From contig JBBSDO010000003.1 in NCBI GenBank assembly GCA_038241515.1, positions 1-39,311 of the forward strand: a DNA stretch of 39,311 nucleotides, written 5' to 3'. Positions 37,114 to 39,311 of this stretch are shown piece after piece. The DNA comes from Elusimicrobiota bacterium (GTDB lineage: Bacteria; Elusimicrobiota; Elusimicrobia; 2-01-FULL-59-12). Made by a program: the position numbers and the translations under genes. The stretch's first letter is position 1, and the number at the start of each line of letters is the position of its first letter. Below the pieces are notes generated by a model. It was not told the origin of the DNA and did not search any database. It saw only the letters and a program-made list of their open reading frames with translations.

Positions 37114-38550
37114 TTACTGGATTTTAACGAACTGTACGGGCAGGCTTGTTTTGGGAATGAGACGGATGACAAAGGGGGCGGATAGAGCCTGGGCACTCAT
37201 CATCCCATGCGCTGGCGCCTGCTCGCGGTAGGTTACCGTGATCGTTTGTGGGCCGTCCTGGACGTCCACGATAGAGATGGAGTACCCCATGGTCGGCTTT
37301 TGTCCGGCAAAGATGGCGACCGCGGTGAACCGGCTGAAATCGACCTCTGGGGCGGGCGGAGGAGGGACCTCCGGGGAGGTGTGCTCCTTCCAGAGCTGCT
37401 TCCATTCCTCAACGCTTGTAACGATCGCCGTGCGGAACGCGGTGACGCCGCTGAGCGCGCCATTCCACTGGGTGGATCCCCGGTCCGAGAGCTGATCCGC
37501 CGCATGTATTTCCCGCTGTACGGGCGCCGCTGTCTTTATATCAGACGATCCGCTAACTCCTCCAATCGACTTCGGTCGTTGCCGGGTTCCCAGATCGACT
37601 TCATCCTTCCGGGCCGCTAGCTTTTTTTCATTTTGCATAAAGCTCCCTTGCGTCGCTTGGCCGCGGATATCTCGGGCTTCTTCATGACTATCAATTCCCT
37701 TCCCAAACGATTTTGTTTGCACCTGGGCTGGCGAGGAAGCAACGGCAGCATTTTCGGTTGTGGCCAAGGCCGCGTCCTCGCTAGTCGAGAAAGCCGAAGC
37801 GCGGCGCGCGGTCGCGAGCTTGTTTTTCAACGCCGGTTTCATTTCAGCTAAGACTGTCTCTTTTTCAGAGGCATCCCCCCTTTGAAAAAGGGGGGTCTGG
37901 GGGGAATTCGCCGTTCCGCCGGAAATAGATCCCACTCCATTCCCCATGCTTTCATTGCTGTCGCGGGCTATAACGCCGCTTCCAAAAGGAACAGGTCGCG
38001 GCCCGTCTTTCAAATGGGCAAGAGGTTCGAAAGGAGCCTGCACCCCTTCACCGGAGGAAATAGGGACGAGCTCCGCCTTCTTGGCGCTCTCGGCAGGCGC
38101 TGAAGTACCGGCTAGGGCTGCGGGCGTTTTTTGAAGTGAATCTAAGAGAGGCGCAGAATGGTTGGGAGCGGCAGCCTTATCTTCGCGTGCGGATTGAAGC
38201 GGAGCGAATAGCTCGGGTTGAGATCTCCGCGCCTCCCGCGTGACCATGACGATAACCACCAGAACTCCGAAAGTCGCGATCCACTTAGTCGTCACCGGCC
38301 AATCGAGAACGTACCAGGGACGCTGCTCTCGTTCAATCCGGTCCAGAACGCCGCGATATAGCCTCTCTGGCGGCGTGAGCGCCGGAGTCGTTTTCATCCA
38401 GCTCTTCAAAGCCTTCATCTCTTTATACGCGTCCGCGCATTCTTTGCACTGCTCGAGGTGTTTCTCTACGGTGCGCTTGTCGCTCGCGGCCAGCGCATTG
38501 TCCATATACTCTGAAAGAAGGGGTTTTATATGAGAGTTCGTATTGGCCAT
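37114..38550 (-). CDS. Zinc-finger (zf-HC2) anti-sigma factor with TM and C-terminal PrcB-like domain
   Basis: LSEYMD...HLEQCKEC, TM, low-complexity linker, PEVDF...IFAGQKPTMGYSISI...AQALSAPF. Confidence 0.85.
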   Translation of the reverse strand: MANTNSHIKPLLSEYMDNALAASDKRTVEKHLEQCKECADAYKEMKALKSWMKTTPALTPPERLYRGVLDRIEREQRPWYVLDWPVTTKWIATFGVLVVIVMVTREARRSQPELFAPLQSAREDKAAAPNHSAPLLDSLQKTPAALAGTSAPAESAKKAELVPISSGEGVQAPFEPLAHLKDGPRPVPFGSGVIARDSNESMGNGVGSISGGTANSPQTPLFQRGDASEKETVLAEMKPALKNKLATARRASAFSTSEDAALATTENAAVASSPAQVQTKSFGKGIDSHEEARDIRGQATQGSFMQNEKKLAARKDEVDLGTRQRPKSIGGVSGSSDIKTAAPVQREIHAADQLSDRGSTQWNGALSGVTAFRTAIVTSVEEWKQLWKEHTSPEVPPPPAPEVDFSRFTAVAIFAGQKPTMGYSISIVDVQDGPQTITVTYREQAPAHGMMSAQALSAPFVIRLIPKTSLPVQFVKIQ

Positions 38551-38551
38551 G

Positions 38552-39094
38552 TCATTCCTTCAGCGCGCTCTTAAGCAAATCTCGCAATTTATCCCGACTG
38601 CGGGCGAGGCGCGACTTGACCGTTCCAACAGGGACCTCGAGCAAGGCCGCGATTTCTTCATAACTGCGCTCTTCGATATCCCTCAAGACGACAATAGCAC
38701 GCTCTTGAGGTTCCAACTGCGCTAGAGCGGTGCGCAGCTGGGTTTGTCGATCCGTCGTTTCCAGCGTACGATCCAAAGGTGCTTCATGAGAGGGCAACTC
38801 GGGCGCCTGTTCGTCCTCTCTGCGGTTCCCGTCGAGCGAAAAGTGTTTCCAGAAAGAGCGGCGGGATTCGTAGCGTACGCGGTTCTTCCACGTGTTCACG
38901 CAAACCCTATAGAGCCACGTCGCGCTGTCGGAGTCGCCCCGAAAATTTTCCCAACTCTTATAAGCGCGAAGAAAGGTGTCCTGGGCGAGGTCTTGGCCGT
39001 CCGCCAAGTTTCCCGTGAGGCGCACGGCAAGGCTATACACGCGCGGACCGTTTTCCCGCATCATCGATTCGAAATTTTCGGACTTCTCAACCAT
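38552..39094 (-). CDS. ECF-subfamily RNA polymerase sigma factor
   Basis: DLAQDTFLRAY, TWLYRVCVN, SYEEIAALLEVPVGTVKSRLARSR. Start uncertain (39094 or 39064 more plausible than 39184). Confidence 0.95.
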   Translation of the reverse strand: MVEKSENFESMMRENGPRVYSLAVRLTGNLADGQDLAQDTFLRAYKSWENFRGDSDSATWLYRVCVNTWKNRVRYESRRSFWKHFSLDGNRREDEQAPELPSHEAPLDRTLETTDRQTQLRTALAQLEPQERAIVVLRDIEERSYEEIAALLEVPVGTVKSRLARSRDKLRDLLKSALKE

Positions 39095-39122
39095 TAGACA
39101 CCGGCTTTCAGGGGCTAGTTCC
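39094..39122 (-). promoter_or_regulatory. Putative autoregulatory ECF promoter
   Basis: GGAACT-N17-GTCTAA directly upstream of the sigma gene. Confidence 0.6.
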
Positions 39123-39174
39123 GCACTCTTTCTAGCATTTTTGCGTTCTGTTACCCACCGCAGAACCTTAGCTG

Positions 39175-39311
39175 GAAGTTCCATATGCTAGTGCAACACT
39201 GTGACGTGATGAAGGCCTGGCCTACAATAGGCAGGTATGACCTATATCCACATGACTGAGAAAGAGCGCGACAAACTAGCTGTTTATCGAAGCCGTGGAC
39301 TCAGCCTGCGA
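39175..39311 (+). mobile_element. Left end of a probable IS30-family element, transposase starting at ATG 39237 (truncated by window edge)
   Basis: MTYIHMTEKERDKLAVYRSRGLSLR resembles the IS30 N-terminal HTH (YxHLTxxER...GxSLR). The upstream ctagtgcaacac resembles IS30-family ends. Only 25 codons are visible. Confidence 0.65.

Overview
A GC-rich diderm bacterial chromosome segment. PorV/T9SS-CTD genes, a MoxR-Bat operon and Omp85 genes suggest Elusimicrobiota or a similar lineage (inference only). It has about 33 genes: a TrxB/polyferredoxin fusion cut by the left edge, PorV plus a CTD-only protein, acyP, Sel1 and LRR proteins, two Omp85-family OMPs, radC with a frameshifted 5' copy bracketing DUF4013, a four-helix-bundle gene, recQ, a divergent PGI-like gene, an AbiE-like TA pair, serS, a DUF5674 pair, pdxH, moxR-DUF58-batABCDE, ino1, a GT1, DUF883, a large exported protein, an anti-sigma/ECF pair, and the start of an IS30-like transposase at the right edge. 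The most unusual signal is about 14 short palindromic elements from at least seven sequence families. One heptamer-built family brackets the four-helix-bundle gene and has a solo copy 22 kb away. Others sit in frame inside genes (serS, the oxidoreductase) or supply the BatD and BatE signal peptides. A shared GGAAC...GGTGTCYAA motif links the ECF sigma to the neighbouring uncharacterised gene. I saw no rRNA, tRNA or CRISPR. All family assignments are from motif recognition by eye, not database searches.
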